A stretch of DNA of 64,000 nucleotides. Source: Octopus vulgaris (Eukaryota). The stretch covers positions 80,786,001 through 80,850,000 of the forward strand of contig OX597826.1 of NCBI GenBank assembly GCA_951406725.2. Direction: 5' to 3'. Every line of letters begins with the position of its first letter. Positions within the stretch are counted from its first letter, which is position 1. Below, one piece after another: positions 40,651-55,480 of the stretch. The notes beneath the pieces are model-generated. The model searched no databases and was not told where the DNA came from. It worked only from the letters and a program-made list of their open reading frames with translations. Made by a program: the position numbers and the translations under genes.

Positions 40651-41034
40651 CTATAAAGTATATCGAATACATGAAATAGAAAAAAATGTATTTGTGTACA
40701 TATAAGAAAAGGGACCGACTTACAAAGGATTCAAGTGATCCCCTTTAACTCCCTCTATCATTTGTTTTCTGTGTAAGTCGGACCCTTTTCTTGCGTCCCT
40801 TTTATTTTTTACTCTTTTTTACTTGTTTCAGTAATTTTGACTGCGGCCATGCTGGAGCATCGCCTTTAAGTCGAACAAATCGACCCCAGGACTTATATCT
40901 TTGTAAGCGTAGTACTTATTCTATCGGTCTTTTTTGCCGAACTGCTATAAGCACACCACCATCGGATGTCACGCGATAGTGTGGTGGGGAGGGAACAAAC
41001 ACAGACACACAAACATATACGTGTGTGCGCGTAT

Positions 41035-41066
<32 letters not shown>

Positions 41067-41069
41067 TGT

Positions 41070-41400
41070 AGGTGCAGGAGTGGTTGTGTGGTAAGTAGCT
41101 TACTTACTAACCACTTGGTTCCGGGTTCATTCCCACTGCGTGGCACCTTGGGCAACTGCCTTCTACTATAGCCTCGGGTCAACCAAAGCCTTGTGAGTGG
41201 ATTTGGTTGACGGAAACTGAAAGAAGCCCGTCGTATATATGTGTGTGTGTGTGTATTAGTCCCCACCCATCATCGCTTGACAACCAGTGTTAATGTGTTT
41301 ACGTCCCCGTAACTTAGCGGTTCGGTAAAAAAGAAACACCGATAGAATAAGTACTAGACTTACAAAGAATAAGTCCTGGGGTCGATTTGTTCGACTAAAA
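41070..41400 (+). mobile_element. SINE family B, with further minus-strand fragments at 40815-41010 and 41698-41840
   Basis: Head ggtgcaggagtggttgtgtggtaag and core gcaccttgggcaa. Confidence 0.8.
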
Positions 41401-41480
41401 AGGTATATATATATATTGTTTTATTGTTTCAGTCATTTGATTGCGGCCATGCTGGAGTACTACCTATATATATATATATG

Positions 41481-41658
41481 TAGCCACTACACACATTTTT
41501 TCTCTCCTTGTTTCTTTCTGTGTTCCTTTCTGTGGAAGAGCGTAGGTTCGAAATGTAAAAGACTTTTTCAATTCCTGAGCGTTATACTAATACATCTGTT
41601 TGTTATTTTACATCACCTGTCTTCGTCTTTTGTTTTTTTTTTCGTGAATTCTCACTAT
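41481..41658 (+). mobile_element. Penelope-like 3' end with variant HHR (41526-41561), in (TA)n
   Basis: cttt-CTGTGGA-a-gagc gtag gttc-GAAA-tg-TA-aaag. Close paralogue of 51845-52020. Confidence 0.6.
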
Positions 41659-42473
41659 ATATATATAAATATACATATACACACACACACACACACACGA
41701 CAGGCTTCTTTCAATTTCTGTAGATAAAATCCATTCCCAAGGCTTTTGTCAACCCGAGGCCACAGTAAAAGACCACGAAGCGGAATTGAACCCATAACCA
41801 TGTAGCTGGGAAGCAAACTTCTTACCACACAGCCACACCTACTATTTAAGAAATCTAATCTGAAGCTAGACTACTGCTGTACAACAACCTGAAGAACATT
41901 TTAGTCTAAACACTCTTATCCACTGGTGTAACTAGGGTGTTTGCTGCCCGGGACAACGCTTGAATTTTCCGCTCCTTCTCGGGTCCCCCGGAATGGGGTG
42001 GCTTAATCAGCAGAACTAAAAGTTCCTCCTCCGCTCCCACCTAGCAATTGCATCATGTGACCTGCTGCTATCATGTGACCAGGAACCGGAAGGAAACAAA
42101 GACAATCTCGAGTTTCTATTACTTTGTATAAATATTTGGTATCTGTGTATATGTGTTTATGTGTGTGAGTGTTTGTACGTGTGTGTGCGTGTGTGTGTGT
42201 GTATATGTGTGTATGTGTGGTGTGTGTATGAGGTGGATATGTGTAGTGTGTGTATGTGTGAATGTATTGTGTGTGTACTATGGTGTGTGTACATGTATGT
42301 GCAATATGGTGTGTGTATATATATATGTGTGTGTATGTGCATGTGTGTGTGTGTGAGTGTGTGGTGTGTGTGCGTGATATGACTGCGGTGTATGTGTATA
42401 TGTATGGCTATGTGTGGTGTGTACGCGTGTGTTTGCGCGTGCGTGATGTGTTTGCGCGTGCGTGATGTGTTTG

Positions 42474-42533
<60 letters not shown>

Positions 42534-43020
42534 CGTGCGTGAGGTGTCTAAACGGGTATTAAAACTGTTGATAAACAGCTGATTGAAACAGGGAAATGGA
42601 GAATTTCCAATTTTTTCCAAAAAGATAAAAGAAATAAAAATTAAGTGAAATACAAAGAAACCGCTAAGTCAATTTCTGTTTTGTCTGATTGATTGGTCGT
42701 GTAAGGCACAGCGCCAGAAACTATATTTAGGAAAGACCAATAAGGATTATGTGATGTTCATGCCTTTCCCCTCAATAATGACGAATGCAATGGTGGATGT
42801 TTCTATCTGTTTGCAATAGAAACCTTAGAGCGTCACATACAATACTTTGTTGTTTTAGTTATTGTAGTTGTTGTTATCGTTGTTGTTGTTTTGCTGTTAT
42901 TGTTGTTGTTGTTGTTGTTATTGTTTAACCCTAGGCTAGCTCTGATCGAGCTATCCTATAAGGAAAGGTATTTAGGTTGTGATTATCAGAGCTTTTGTTC
43001 ACTGTTCCTAAAACTACATT

Positions 43021-43194
43021 CAGGGCCGCCTTAACAGCATTATAGGCCCCTCGATAAGTCAATGCACTTGGCCTTACGGTATTTTATTTTTTTGTTAACA
43101 GCAAGCCATAGCATACACAGATCAGAATTTAGCCCCTAGACCCGTGAGGACCCCAGCCAACTGCCCAGAATGCCCATGCCTTGAGGCGGCAACG
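43021..43194. mobile_element. hAT MITE
   Basis: Imperfect TIRs cagggccgccttaa / ttgaggcggcaacg and 8-bp TSD actacatt/actacact. Confidence 0.65.
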
Positions 43195-46100
43195 ACTACA
43201 CTACTTTGTGTGTTTTCCCCCATTTAAGACGGCTGGATGTTATTGGAAGCAGATTTGCTTGCAATTTCGAAATGCTCGAGTGAGCTCAGAGGGGTTCCAT
43301 CGTTGGCTGTTATTCGATTTGATATTCCTATAAACCATTCTAAAAGTGAAGAGAACTGTAAAGGTAGAAGAAAATGCCACAAGATCGCAAACATTACTCG
43401 TACGAAGTTTCTTTTACTGCTGCTCTTCATAACAGTCTGTATTTTCCTTTCTTACAAAGAATGGTGTCTTGTGACAAGCAATGGTTGCAACTACATTTTC
43501 AGGAGAAGAGAAAATACTAAGAAATTTATATACCTACGGACTGGAGCACACCAAAACCCAAAGGACTTTTCGCTTAGTAAATAGGATAATATTGAAGCCA
43601 AACGCTGTTAACGTACAAACCGATAATTTAGTAATAAAACTCGCTGCCAAGAACGCGTTATATATACAAATTAGTCTATCCTAATTAATTAGGCCCCGAG
43701 TGAGAGTGACTTTATAGGTGGGGGTCTCCGTTGGCAGTTAAAGAATGTACTCAGTTTATCACGAAATTCCAACGCGCCATAATTAAATAATTAGTCCGGT
43801 GGATCCTATAGATTCTTTTTTCTGTCCGCGAAGATAATATATACAAAACCTTGGTGTTTACATCTGTCTATACAAGCAACATTGGCCAAAGATCTATATA
43901 TGTATTTTAGTACAGTAGACAAAATTGAAACCAAGTGCTGTTAACTTGCCATATATTCTTGCATTGCTCTTTCATCAGACTGAGTGTGTTTTAGTGTTTA
44001 TAACCGTCCATCTAAATCAGGGTGTCGTAACCATGGATATCTTTGATTACCAATTTATTCTGGTGATTTCCTATAACCATTAGATGTTTATAAACTAGTT
44101 TTATAGATACTTCTTCCGAAAGGACTTTTTTTTTTATTCACGCCCAGGTTGAACTACGGAAAACGTAGAGAGAAAGAAATTTTGCTATTTCTTGCAATAA
44201 ATACATCTTAATCAGACCCTTTTCTTGGATGTTTATTATACTACTGTTAATCCCCAAATTATTTTTTTGCTTGCGTGGACCCCTAAAAATCTTATATGGA
44301 CCCCTTGGAGTCAAATGGATCGCGATTGAGACCACTGTTTTAAGAATTCAAACTTGAACAAGGAGACCTTTGATCAAAGATGCTCTACCAATAAACATCT
44401 TTTTAGTGTTGCAAACATTATCTGATGTATCTTTCTCGTCTCTTAAAAAAAGATGTTAGCGAATGAGTTTCGAAGGGTTGGCTGCTATTCTTAGCAGGTC
44501 GTGTGGTTACGTAGGAATTCTCTTATTGGCTCGTTTTAATCGTTGTTGTCGGTTATGGCTGTCGTTCGATGTTGATATCATTGCTATTATTGATTTTGTT
44601 TGCCGTCATCAATGGCGTATCGTATCGTCGGTGTTCATAAAAATACCACAAGTATTATTATTATTAATGTTGAAGTTGCTACCGTATGTATTTTTTTCTC
44701 TCTCTCCGATATTAACTACAGTATCAACTAAACAATACAGTTATTTTATGGAAACGGAAGTGTTCGTGTCTAGCTTTCAAATGAATTATTTTTGTATGAT
44801 AGCTGGATTCAAGTCAAACTGTTACCATATCAATTAACATTGTTCATTGTTGCTTCCAGTTTTGCGCACTCACATATCCTCCGATCTTATTATATATTCC
44901 ACCATTATCTGCCAGCAAAGAAGTAAGATGTGGGCGCTCAACCTGCTAGAAGTAGTAATCAAATCGCTCTGAAAGCTCAGACAACCGTCTTTAAAAAGAA
45001 GGTATGATCTTCATTGCAACAATCTTGATGATAGAAATCTTTGGGCACGGTTGACTTGAGAATAAAACAACAAACACTAGTTTCTTTTGTTTGACCTTAT
45101 ATGCTGTTGTCAAGCTTCAGTAATACGAACAATGATGCGACATCTATCGCACTGTGACTAAGTCCACCTTGACAGTTCCTGCTGTGGTCTCCTCCGTAAT
45201 TTATAATTTTCGGGTGTACAAAGATAGATTGAAGAGCAGAGGACTCAGTGTGACACTTCAGGCTATCACACTGCATTCTATACGGTTTATCACTGCCTGT
45301 CGGAGTTGTAGATAATCATCACCGATTGTGTGTCGTACGATTGCTTGATCGTGGCTACACAACAACAGCAACATATAAAGATGGAGCCTGTAGTTAATCC
45401 CTTGACTTCCAAGAAACTACAATTAAATTCCATGCAAACAACAGTCTGTCGTCTTAGAAATAAGTAAGAAAACTAAGATTACGTAGTCCTGGGTAAACCA
45501 TCTGACTATTAAATGGGGTGGTTGCGGCTGGCACACTTTTGAACGTAAGCCTGCTTGAGCAAGAGTTGATCTAGATCTAAACAGCAAAAATGGCAAGATA
45601 CATCGTTAAAACCATTGTTCAAGCATGAACGTAATACGACCTTATTTGTTATTTACCACATATATCTCAAATTCGGAGTCTAATTAGCAATTCACGTTAT
45701 GTACATGCGTATACACGTTCATAAAATAGCATGAAGATATTTTTATAAAATATTTATGGATTGAAGAAAAAACTAGGACAAACGAATCTGATGTCATGAT
45801 TTAAATAATTAAAAAAAGAGTTAGATAAGGTTTCACTAAAAAATCTGATAACTATGAGACATTGAACAATTTCCAGAGTAAAAGAGAAAAGAAAACATTT
45901 CGAGTGTGACACTTTGCGAAAGAAATTGTATTAAATGATTCCCAATAAGTGTAATATCACGTGATGGAAATATGAACAAAACAGACGACATATTAAGCCT
46001 TCCTTCTAAAAAGTGTTATCTGCATGGAAATTTGTTTTAAGTCATCCGTATTTCTTTTTTTTTTAATTATTCCGATAAGTCTTGGAATATGAGATGTGGC

Positions 46101-46304
46101 TCGAAACCTGAAACCTAAAAAAAAGGAATCTTTTCTTTTTCAGCTTGTATTACAAATCTAAGATGTCAACCAAATATATTTTTTCTCAATCTATTTTATT
46201 AATTTTTGTTTTAAATCGAGCGTTGATTATCTGAATTAAGAAATTGCTGCTTATAAAACCGCAGATGTGGGAGATGTTTCGATATATATATATATATATA
46301 TATG

Positions 46305-46345
<41 letters not shown>

Positions 46346-46580
46346 TATATTTATATTCATCTATTCATATTTATCAAAAAATGTCTATTTATTTCCTGAA
46401 TAAATTGAAACAGGTGTGTATGCGAACACATAATTTGAATTATTAAACACGAAATATTCATCAAAGAGTATAATTTTTTTCCTTATCTACATGTTATAAT
46501 TATTTACGAAAGAATGCCAAGATACGTTTTTTCGTTTGTTTTCATATCGATTTTTTGTTTTTCTATCGTCTTTATTTTAT

Positions 46581-46632
<52 letters not shown>

Positions 46633-47052
46633 ATTTCAAGCAATAACAGAAATAAATGAGTCCTTCTGACACAAGGTTACAAATTTTTAAAGGTGAGGTC
46701 GACGTCTGAATCAATTACACATTTTATATTGGCATATATTTCATACCTCCAAAGCGATTCACAAACATATAAGGGCCTAACTCGATATTGATTTCTAACA
46801 AAGCTATAGATTTTGTTGTGGGGGTGGAGAAACTGTCTTGGTGTTGATCTATTGTAATTCATCTGAGATCGCTTAACACTTATATCAGAAGGAAACACTC
46901 GGGGTGGCTTGAAATTAAAACCCCTGCTTCTGTAGCAGGCACCGAATCACACGGTTCTTAACGTCTCTAAACAATGTTCCTCATCACTATTTTAGGGTCC
47001 AAACAAGAAAACGTCGATGATCAAAAGAGTTTTTAAAACTTCGTTTTCAACC

Positions 47053-47450
47053 AGGCGCAGGAGTGGCTGTGTGGTAAGTAGCTTGCCTACCAACCAATGG
47101 TTCCGGGTTCAGTCCCACTGCGTGGCACCTTGGGCAAGTGTCTTCTACTAAAGCCTCGGGCCGACCAAAGCCCTGTAAGTGGATTTGGTAGACGGAAACT
47201 GAAAGAAGCCTGTCATATATATGTATGTATGTGTGTGTGTTTGTGCGTCTGTGTTTGTCCCCCTAACATCGCTTGACAACCGGTGCTGGTGTGTTTACGT
47301 CCCCGTAACTTAGCGGTTCGGCCAAAGAGACCGATAGAATAAGTACTACGCTTACAAAGAATAAGTCCTGGGGTTGATTTTCTCGACTAAAAGCGGTGCT
47401 CCAGCATGGTCGCACTCAAATGACTAAAACAAGTAAAAGAAAGCAAAAAG
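47053..47450 (+). mobile_element. Full-length SINE family B
   Basis: A box tggctgtgtgg, B box ggttcagtccc, CORE-like gcaccttgggcaagtgtctt, internal TA/TG microsatellite and A-rich tail. Confidence 0.88.
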
Positions 47451-47459
47451 AGTAACAAG

Positions 47460-47900
47460 TTGAATCCTGGCACAGAAAAAAGTATTTTGTGAGACAATCT
47501 TTCTATCTTTCTAAGTCTTAGAAATGTTTAGACGAAGCCCCTGGTCATCCTCCTGTTACTATTGGACACGGCTTTCACAGCTCTTAGCGGCAATTGTTAC
47601 ACTGAAAGATTTTTGAAGAATCTTCGTGCTAAACAACGAAGGAAAATGTAACACCACTGGCAAAATTCTGAAAAACAAATTGCAATTTAATCTGAGAAAC
47701 TCGGTTAAAAATATTCATGAGCCATCGGAAAGTAGTGAGAGACACTAAGCGACATGAAAGCCGCTTGAAACCTATTCAATTTATGCTGTACTAACGTTTT
47801 CGCTGATTTTCTGCACCAAGAACAAATCATTGAAGAACTGGCTAACACTGGAAGAGAATTTGATGTAGATGAAATAAACGGTACCGGATATTTGTAAATT
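47460..47900 (+). pseudogene. Highly degenerate pogo/Tigger transposase remnant
   Basis: ttagacgaagcccctggtcatcct encodes LDEAPGHP, close to the LDNAPGHP DDE motif. No open frame remains. Confidence 0.4.
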
Positions 47901-48102
47901 TTCCTGAATCACATGGAAAAAAAAATTAATCGGTCACAACTTTATTAGTTCGGATCGATATCGAACTTACGAAGAATCGAATGATCAAGACGTCAATTAA
48001 AATGAAATGTCTGTCAAGTTTTGTTGCATTATTAATGAGCTGTTGAACAGTGAACTCACTGATTCATTTTGCTTATTATTATTATCATCATCATCATCAT
48101 CA

Positions 48103-48142
<40 letters not shown>

Positions 48143-48161
48143 CATTATTATTATTATTATT

Positions 48162-48377
48162 GAGGCGGCGAGCCGGCAGAATCTTTTGCACGCCGGACAA
48201 AACGCTTAGCGGCATTTCGTCCGTCTTTACGTTCTGAGTTCAAATTTCGCCGAGGTCGACTTTGTCTTTCATCCTTTCGGGATCGATAAATTAAGTACCA
48301 GCTGAGTACTAGGATCGATGTCATCGATTTAACCCCCACCTCCCCAAAAATTTCAGGCCTTGTGCATTTAACAGAAA

Positions 48378-48421
<44 letters not shown>

Positions 48422-48750
48422 GAAGGCGGTGAGTTGGCAGAATTATTAGCACGCCAGGCAAAATGCTTCGCGGCATTTCGTCCGTCTTAACGTTCTGAGT
48501 TCAAATTCCGCCGAGGTTGACTTAGCTGTTCATCCCTTCGTAGTCAATAAAATAAGTACCAGTTGAATACTGGGGGGGGGGAGGGGTAATGTAATCGACT
48601 TACCCCGTCCCCGAAACTGCTGGTCTTGAGCTTAAATTTAAACCTTTTAAGGCGGTGAACTGGTAGAACCGTGAGCATGCCGGACAAAAATGCTTAGCGG
48701 CATTTCGTCCGTCTCTACGCTCTCAGTTCAAATTCTGTCGGAGTCGACTT
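48162..48750 (+). mobile_element. Three tandem SINE family A copies with (TTA)n tracts
   Basis: Heads lie near 48162, 48423 and 48650, and the first two follow (TTA)n. Other copies lie at 23670-23850(-), 57790-58000(-) and 61250-61455(-). Confidence 0.8.
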
Positions 48751-48797
48751 CCTTGCTTGTGAGTTTGTAGATGGAAACTAAAAGAAGCCTGTCGCAT

Positions 48798-48847
<50 letters not shown>

Positions 48848-50582
48848 CTACGTGTGTGCGTGTCTTTGTGTTTGTCCCCATCACTGCTTGGTAACTGGGG
48901 GGCGGTTTGTTTTCATCTCTTAACGTAGCTGTCCGGTAAGAGTGACCGTTAGAATGGGTACCAGTATTTTACAAAAATATGTACTGGTGTTGAGTACTTC
49001 GACTAAAACCCCTCGTTATTCTATCGTTGCCTTTTGCCGAAGCGCTAAGTTACGGGGGACATACACAAACCAACACCGGTTCTCTCAGCGCTGGTGGAGG
49101 ATAACACATACACACACACACATACACACACATACACTCACATACACATACACACACACAAACACACATACACATATATATATGTATATAGATGTGTGTG
49201 GACGTTAATCTAACCAAAGATAAGAGACGCTCCAGTAATGACCATCTCTCCATTCATGATGCACATACGACAATGTCTTTTATAAAGTCTTCGCCGTTGT
49301 TTATCCCCAAATCGGCGCTGATGAAGCAGACTTTTGATAAAAAGAGTTCCTACCGTGACCTTCACATATTTTCACTGCCTTTATGATTACCTTATTTATG
49401 ATGGTGTGAAAGTGCGTGGTTTAGGGTGTTGCACTCACGATTGCTAGAACACGCATTCGATCCCTGGTCCGGGCAGCGCGTTGTGTTCTTGAGCGAAACA
49501 CCTCATTTCGCGTTGCCCCAGTCCACTCGGATGTTAATGGGTCACCATGCAACTGGACAAGCTACCGATCGGGGTGGGGGAGGGGCATGGTGGCCTGCAG
49601 ACCTAGGCAGTAGGATGGTGTCATTAGAAGGCTAAAACAATGCGAAGCGCACTGTGACCAGCGTTGTATAGCAGCACCCCATAGTCTGGTCAATTCTGTA
49701 ATACTCCGACTTATGACAGTAGGATACGATATTAGAGGGAGATCGGTCTACTATTTCCAGAGGCTTCTTCCCCGGTTTATCATTCAATGTCTATATCGAT
49801 CAATTTGAGCGTCAGCTTCCTCATTGGCTCAGTCGAGTATACATGGTTGATATGGAGAATTAAGAGACGAAACACGCGATATTGTAGTGCATACAACATA
49901 GAAGTTTTGCTGATCTGAGATCAAACTCACTCAAACAAACGAACAAAGATGAAGAGACAAGAAGAGAAGAAAAAAAATATCTAGTTTTGAAAAAAAATTT
50001 TTTCGCAATTTCATTTCTATCTATTTAATTTTTTTTTTTTTTCATGCAGAATTTTGGTAGGATTTTTTTCTTTCGTTTTCTTTTTTCGTATTGCCAAGCC
50101 AGGTTTTCTTTCATTAAAAGTAATAAAATAAAACTTATGTATTATCGTATGTAGTTTTCTTTTCACATTACTTCGAGAGTACTCGATTTCTATGGCGTCT
50201 GAGAAACCTATTATGTCACACAGTCAAAAGTCTGATGTCAACAAAAAAAGAAACAAGGCAAAGTCGCGTTTCTATTCTATTGCATCTCTAACAACATTCG
50301 ATCTTCGAAAGAAAAGGCTTTTTTGCTTTTCAGTCGACTTCCGACATGATTAAAAAGTATCAAATGTCTGTGTGTGTGCATGCGAGTGAGTGTGTGCCTA
50401 TATGCATATGCATATGTGTGTGCCTGTGTATACATATGTATGTATGTATATATGTATATATATATATGTGTGTGTGTGTGTGTGCATGTGTGTATATGAG
50501 TGTATACTTATATATACATACACATACACACACACGCACACGAGCCCCCACACACGTATGTGTGTGTATAGATAGATAGATG

Positions 50583-50662
<80 letters not shown>

Positions 50663-50669
50663 GCAAAGT

Positions 50670-51020
50670 AAAACTAAAACCAGAATAAAAGCACAGACAA
50701 CGAAAGTGAAAGGGACGTATACAATTGGTGCATTAGGTTGGCGCTCAGTTTAAGATATAGGAAAAGAGGGGGGTGACGTTTCGAGCGCAGCTCTTCGTTA
50801 GAAAGGGGAAAGAGCTGCACAGAAGCAAAAGAATAACCCGAAGAAAGCATCTGTGTGGTTACATGGCCGGAAGTGGAGAGATAGCCGGAAGTGGTTTTTG
50901 AAAGCAGGAGAGTGCGAAAATGGCCAGTGTGTGTTTGTGTGTAGTAGTAGTATCGTTGTGTCTGTGTTTATGCGAGTGGTGTATGTGTCAAGGAGTAGTG
51001 TTGACAGGTTAGTAGCAGTA
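50670..51020 (-). mobile_element. Penelope-like 3' end with degenerate HHR (50771-50806)
   Basis: Minus strand reads ttt-CTAACGA-a-gagc tgc gctc-GAAA-cg-TC, followed by ctgagcg..ctaat as in the 41481/51845 family. Stem I is lost. Confidence 0.45.
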
Positions 51021-51844
51021 ATTAGATTTGTAGGTGAGAGGCAAGGTGACATACATACGTATACACACAGCATTAGCGTTGCTGTGTGTATACGTATGCG
51101 TTTGTGTGTGCACGCTTGAGTATGTGTGAGTGCGTGTGTATGAGGGTTTGTGCATATATATGTGTGTGTATCGCCGTGAACAGGGAGTAATCTTCTCACT
51201 TCGCTCCTTTGCACCACATGGACTCAACTCCCCTCCCCTCGCATCTCTCCCCCTCACACCTACATCCTCCCACCCACCTCTCCTCTCTTGCTCCGACTCC
51301 TACTTCTCTTAACTCCGACTCTCCTCTCTTCTCTTCACTCCTACCCACCTTCTCCTTCCCCTTCATCGTCACCTCTCCCTCGTAACCCCATCCCACCCCT
51401 CTACATTCCAACCCCACCTTCCCTATCCTTCCCATCCCACCCTACATCTCTTACAAACCCCTCCCTCATACCCCACCTCTACCCCCACCCTCATCCTAAC
51501 CCACACCACACCCTTGTTTTCCCCACTCTCGCCTCCCCACCTCCCAACACCATCACACCACCCCACACACCACTACACCATACACCACCATACCACACAA
51601 CACGTCACATCGCACTACCACGCACACACTAGCACTGACCACTTCCCAGACCCACATTTTCATACCTACACATACACACACGCACACGTCAAGGTCACCA
51701 GCCCTCTTCCACACGCACATACATACTCTCTTAAACACACGCACGCGCACCTTCGTTTTGGAATCACCACTACTTTATTATCTCCCCTTCTGCCTAGGTC
51801 TCTTGCGTGACCCTTCTGTCCGGCATCTGCCATGATAGATCGTT

Positions 51845-52121
<277 letters not shown>

Positions 52122-52182
52122 GTATGTATATATATATATATATATATGTGTGTGTATGTATGTATGTATGTATGTATGTATG

Positions 52183-52322
<140 letters not shown>

Positions 52323-52511
52323 TGTATATAGACATTGAAATATTTACGATACACGCGCAATGGCTGGAAAGTAAAGTAAAAAGAAAGAAAGAAAGTAAAG
52401 AATTTAAGAGTATCCAACGATTGTAGAAGGATTTCTGAAAGCGGTACAACGAATCCTGGTGTCGTTGCGAAATGAATATTTCAACCACCCATGTATGCAT
52501 CCTCTGTTTGT

Positions 52512-52566
<55 letters not shown>

Positions 52567-53010
52567 AAAATGTGAAAGAATGCAAGGTTTCTCTCCCTTA
52601 ACATTTTTACATGCTATAATTTATAGCTTTATCTGTTTCAAGTCTCGCCGTCTCACAAAAGAATCCTTTCGTATCACGTGACGTCGGTGTTGTTCCTGTG
52701 ACGCTAATGAGAAATAAAAATGGTGGGAATGGCGAGATCATGTTTCAAAGGACTTCCCATTTAAGCAAGTCGTTTCAATAGGCCCAATCTGACTCATAAT
52801 TACTGACTGAACGATTAAACCTCCTTTCCTCAGGCTCACAAAACTGCGCCTTCAAAATCCACTTGACTCATTTCATGAAACGTACACTCCCTGATACTTA
52901 AACACACAGCCATACATACACACATACATACACACATACACATACATGCACGCATACTCTTGACTAGACACGTGCACTTACATACACACAAGCATACGTT
53001 TCGTCGCCTC

Positions 53011-53143
<133 letters not shown>

Positions 53144-53532
53144 TCGAGCGTTAGTAATTAAGGTACGTTGCGTATGTATGTATGTATGTATGTATGTATG
53201 TATGTATATATGCACGCATAAGCGTATGTGAATATATATGATGTCCCATTAGTAAGGCTGTATTTAGAGGTGTGGTAAGAAGCTTGCTTCCCAATCACTT
53301 GGTTCCGTGTTCAGTCTCACTGCTTGGCACCTTGGGCACGTATCTTTTACTATAACCTCAGGCTCACCAAAACCTTGCGAGTGGATTTGGTTGACAGAAA
53401 CTGAAAGAAGGTCGTCGTATATATATATATAGAGAGAGAGAGGGGGAAAGAGAGAGAGGACAATTATGCGGATAAACGAATTAAATATATGAGCATGGGT
53501 ATGATATACAATATATATATACATATATATAA

Positions 53533-53608
<76 letters not shown>

Positions 53609-53645
53609 GTATATACATATATATATATGTATGTATATACATATA

Positions 53646-53686
<41 letters not shown>

Positions 53687-53689
53687 TCT

Positions 53690-54548
53690 TCTATTCTTTA
53701 ATTATTATAAATCTTTCACTGAGGAGGGACCCGGTTTCCAACAAAGATACAAGGCTCCATCTTTGGGATGTAGTTAACACAGACAAATTCACATTTGGAG
53801 CCTGAGAAAAGTTTTGTATATATTTTACTATTCCACTCACAGATTGCACTTGCAATGTACGAATCAGCCGGTCGATTTCTCTTTCTGAAAATCCCAGTTT
53901 ATCCAGATTCTCCTTTAAGCATTTACTAACAAAACCTAGAGCTCCAATTATTATTGGTATGAATATGAATTCATAGTCTGGATATAGAAGCTGGAGGTTT
54001 CGAAGAAGTTGTCCATAGATATCCTTTTTTTCTTTGATTTTCAAAGAGATATTTATATCTGCAGGGCAGCTAACATCTATGATGGTACATACTTTTGTCC
54101 CTCTCTCCCAAACAACAATATCTGGCCTGTTATGCTTACATTTGACAGAAGTTTTGATGGGAATATTCTTTGAATTGGTGTTTATGGATGTATTCCATAA
54201 CAGAGGGATTTTCTAAGTTTATTTCAGGACAGTCTTTTTTGCGGATGGCATTGTAAATTGTTTTAGCAACAACATCGTGCTGCATAGGGAAGTAGTATCG
54301 TGACGACATTTTAGGACAGCTGCTAATCACATGCGTGATGCCTTCCACAGAAACATGACGTAGCCTACACATGTGGTTATACCTTGGGATTACGAGAACG
54401 TCACTGTCTCTCTTGCTCCCCAGGCACTTTGTGGAAATCTCCTGTTCCTGGATTGCAAATGCATAGACTTCAAAGTGTGAGGTGATGTAGTGGTTTTGTG
54501 TCCAAGAGCGGCTGCGCTTTGTGCCAATTCTACTGTCTTTTTCAAGCT
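53690..54548 (-). mobile_element. 5'-truncated R4/Dong-like RLE LINE (zinc knuckle plus restriction-like endonuclease)
   Basis: Contains MCRLRHVSVEGITHVISSC..QHDVVAK, HNRPDIVVW, DVSCPAD, KKDIYGQL and IPIIIGALG. Its 5' junction is in (CATA)n. Confidence 0.85.
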
Positions 54549-55059
54549 TATGTATGTATGTATGTATGTAAGTATGTATGTATGTATGTATATGTGTATG
54601 TATGTATGTATGTGTGTATGTATGAATGTACGTATGTATGTATGTATGTATGTATGTATGTATGTATGCATGTATGTATGTGTATGTATGTATGTATGTA
54701 TGTATGTATGTATGTATGTATGTATGTGTGTATGTATGAATGTACGTATGTATGTATGTATGTATGTATGTATGTATGTATGTATGTATGTATGTATGTA
54801 TGTATGTATGTGTGTATGTATGAATGTACGTATGTATGTATGTATGCATGTATGCATGTATGTATGTATGTACTTATGTATGTATGTACGTATATATGTA
54901 TGTCTACATGCAAACAGAGAGAAAGCAAAGACTGAAGATTTTCAGGCGATGAATATTTATGTATAAATATAAAGATATTTTAATATTAATAGATGAAACT
55001 TACGCAGAGTACAACGACAGAGAAAATTAAAGGGAGGGGGAGGAAGTAATGAGTTGTAA

Positions 55060-55185
55060 GTTCAACAGCTGTTTCTGGGGGATCGGAAACACATCATAAT
55101 GTTGACAGATGTATTTCACCAAAATATGCAGCGCATAATGGAAGCAAATAAACATTGGATAAATCGAGTCTCTGCCATCAGAGTA
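55060..55185 (-). ncRNA. Degenerate long-stem-II hammerhead-like motif (same layout as 28744)
   Basis: Minus strand reads act-CTGATGG-...ca-GAAA-cagctg-TT. The stems are eroded. Confidence 0.35.
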
Positions 55186-55384
55186 GAAAAATCTTACATT
55201 TCAGATCATGAGACAGAGAAGTTTAAACTCTGTCGATATAATTGATTATAACTCTTGAAGATGGTACCCGAGCCTGATCTCAGTCCAAGAACTGAAATCT
55301 GTAAAAAGTTAAAAGAATAATAAAAGTCCTTCATATGCACTCGCAGCCAGACACATACATTTACACACACATAGACAGACAGAC

Positions 55385-55480
<96 letters not shown>

